Below are positions 62,601-64,000 of a DNA stretch of 64,000 nt, piece by piece; position 1 is the first letter of the stretch, and every line of letters begins with the position of its first letter. Origin of the DNA: Lama glama. Taxonomy: Eukaryota. Made by a program: the position numbers and the translations under genes. The notes beneath the pieces were generated by a model. The model was not told where the DNA came from and did not search any database. It saw only the letters and a program-made list of their open reading frames with translations. The stretch covers positions 1,116,001 through 1,180,000 of the forward strand of contig CM052823.1 of the NCBI GenBank assembly GCA_028534125.1, read 5' to 3'.

Positions 62601-63272
62601 CTGCGGGAGGCAGAACGGCAGGCCCCCAGTCTGTGGCCTCCTCCTCTGGCAGCTCTGCCCAGCCCGGACCCCGCACCTGCACCCTGGGATGTGTGCAAGG
62701 CCTCTGCACACCCACCAGGCATCCCAACCTCCCCTCCACCCGAGTCCCCAGGAACAAGGCCCGTGGTCCCCAGGAGGAGCCAAGGACAGGCCAGGACGGA
62801 CTGCTCCAGGGCAGGGTCCCCTCCCACAACCAGCCAAGAAGGGGGCTGGGCCATGGCAGGGAGCCAGGATGGCCCTGGGAGGACAACTGTGGGCAGGAGG
62901 GAGGTTGGTGACCAGCCTGCTAGCAGCCTGGGCCAGGAACTGGGAAACAGAAGGACCTTCACATGGGGGCTGGGGAGCCTGGGGCCACCCCTGCCTCTCT
63001 GCATGGGCTTAGGTCCCTGCATGGCCAGGGCGGAGGCCTGCAGCCCCGCAAGGTGGTAGGAGTCTGAGGCTTCTTTGAAAGGGGGCAGCTCTAAAGCCAT
63101 GAAAATGTGAGGATGCCGGGGAAAGCCTCCTGCAAATGGCTCGCATGGACGCACTGAGAAACCGCAGCCTGTTCCACGGACCTGGCAGGTGCCACCCAGT
63201 CTGGGGATGGCCCTCCCCCGACAACCGCTGGCTGTCAACTCCACCCGGGGCCCCAGGGGAGCCCCTACTCAC

Positions 63273-63381
63273 GGCAGCACCAGGGTGTCCTCAGGGAGAC
63301 CCCGGGCCCGGGCGTGCTCCTCGTCATGGAACATAGGCAGCGTCCTCAGCACAGCGGCCAGGCCCCTCCCAGGGACGAGCA
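63273..63381 (-). CDS. ASPG: ASPG (asparaginase / 60-kDa lysophospholipase) exon 2 ([36 protein letters not shown])
   Basis: tgcag|TG ... CC|GTGAGT, 109 nt, phase 1 to 2. Exon 1 (TGGTI motif) is not in the window. Confidence 0.94.
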
Positions 63382-64000
63382 CTGCAGGCAGAGTCCCGGG
63401 GGGGGTGGAGGGTGCCGTCAGCCTCCGTAGACGCCAGCTCCGGCCTCCGCGTGGGGACCAGGCCCAGAGCAGGGGTGGGAGCCAGGGCCAGGACAGGGGT
63501 GCTGGGCCGGGCGGGCTCTGCCCTCAGGGAAGCCAGGCACGGGCGGACGGGCATGCGGCTGCCCCAGAGCTCCGGCCAGAGCGGGCAGCCGGCTGCTGTC
63601 TGGATGGTATGTCTTCCTTCCTTGGAGCCCAGGTCAACTGCTGCTCTCACCCAGACAGCCCCAGCGGCTCTGTAACACCCCCATCTCCGGGTCGGCCCCA
63701 ACCGCCTACCGAGGCTCAGGGGGCCCTGGCCCTGCCACAACTCGGCCACAAGTGCCCACTTTTCTTCCCCCACTTCCCAGAGCGCACACACTCGCTCCAC
63801 CCACGGACATACCGTTGGCTCTGCCTGGAAGTCCTCTGCTTCTCACCCTAGAGATTCTTCACCTCAGCTCAGGGCACCACCTCCAGGAAGCCCTCCTTGA
63901 GGTCCAGGCCCTGGTGCTCTTCCCATACGTTCCCTAGTTGCCCTTGCTCCCTCCCTGGACTGTGTGTAACCCTCCAGAGTCCAGCCGAGGCCTTCTGCCT

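Overview
This is GC-rich mammalian genomic DNA from the syntenic ASPG - MIR203 - KIF26A locus, with all three genes on the minus strand. The repeat content suggests a non-ruminant cetartiodactyl, possibly a camelid. From the right end, ASPG coding exons 2-16 run from 63381 down to 44335 with an intact frame, GT-AG introns and a poly(A) signal at 44146-44151; exon 1 lies outside the window. Next come the MIR203 hairpin in its own CpG island (~39880-39970), an intergenic block with a nested L1 cluster and a strong CTCF motif, and the KIF26A CpG-island promoter with coding exons 1-4 (25819 down to 5320). The KIF26A motor-domain exons lie beyond the left end. Nearly all other ORFs in the supplied track are chance products of GC-rich sequence. 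I see no convincing new multi-gene system. The best leads are: (1) an upstream, phase-compatible alternative first coding exon of KIF26A; (2) a strong-context uORF before the canonical KIF26A ATG; (3) an ASPG terminal exon apparently made from an antisense CR1/L3 fragment; (4) a TSD-flanked retroposed 3'UTR-like insert carrying a (CTG)16 tract; (5) a duplicated CxxC-helix motif in the KIF26A N-terminus; (6) a 10-bp minisatellite beside miR-203. Gene and repeat identities come from my recall of orthologues and consensus sequences, not from a database search.
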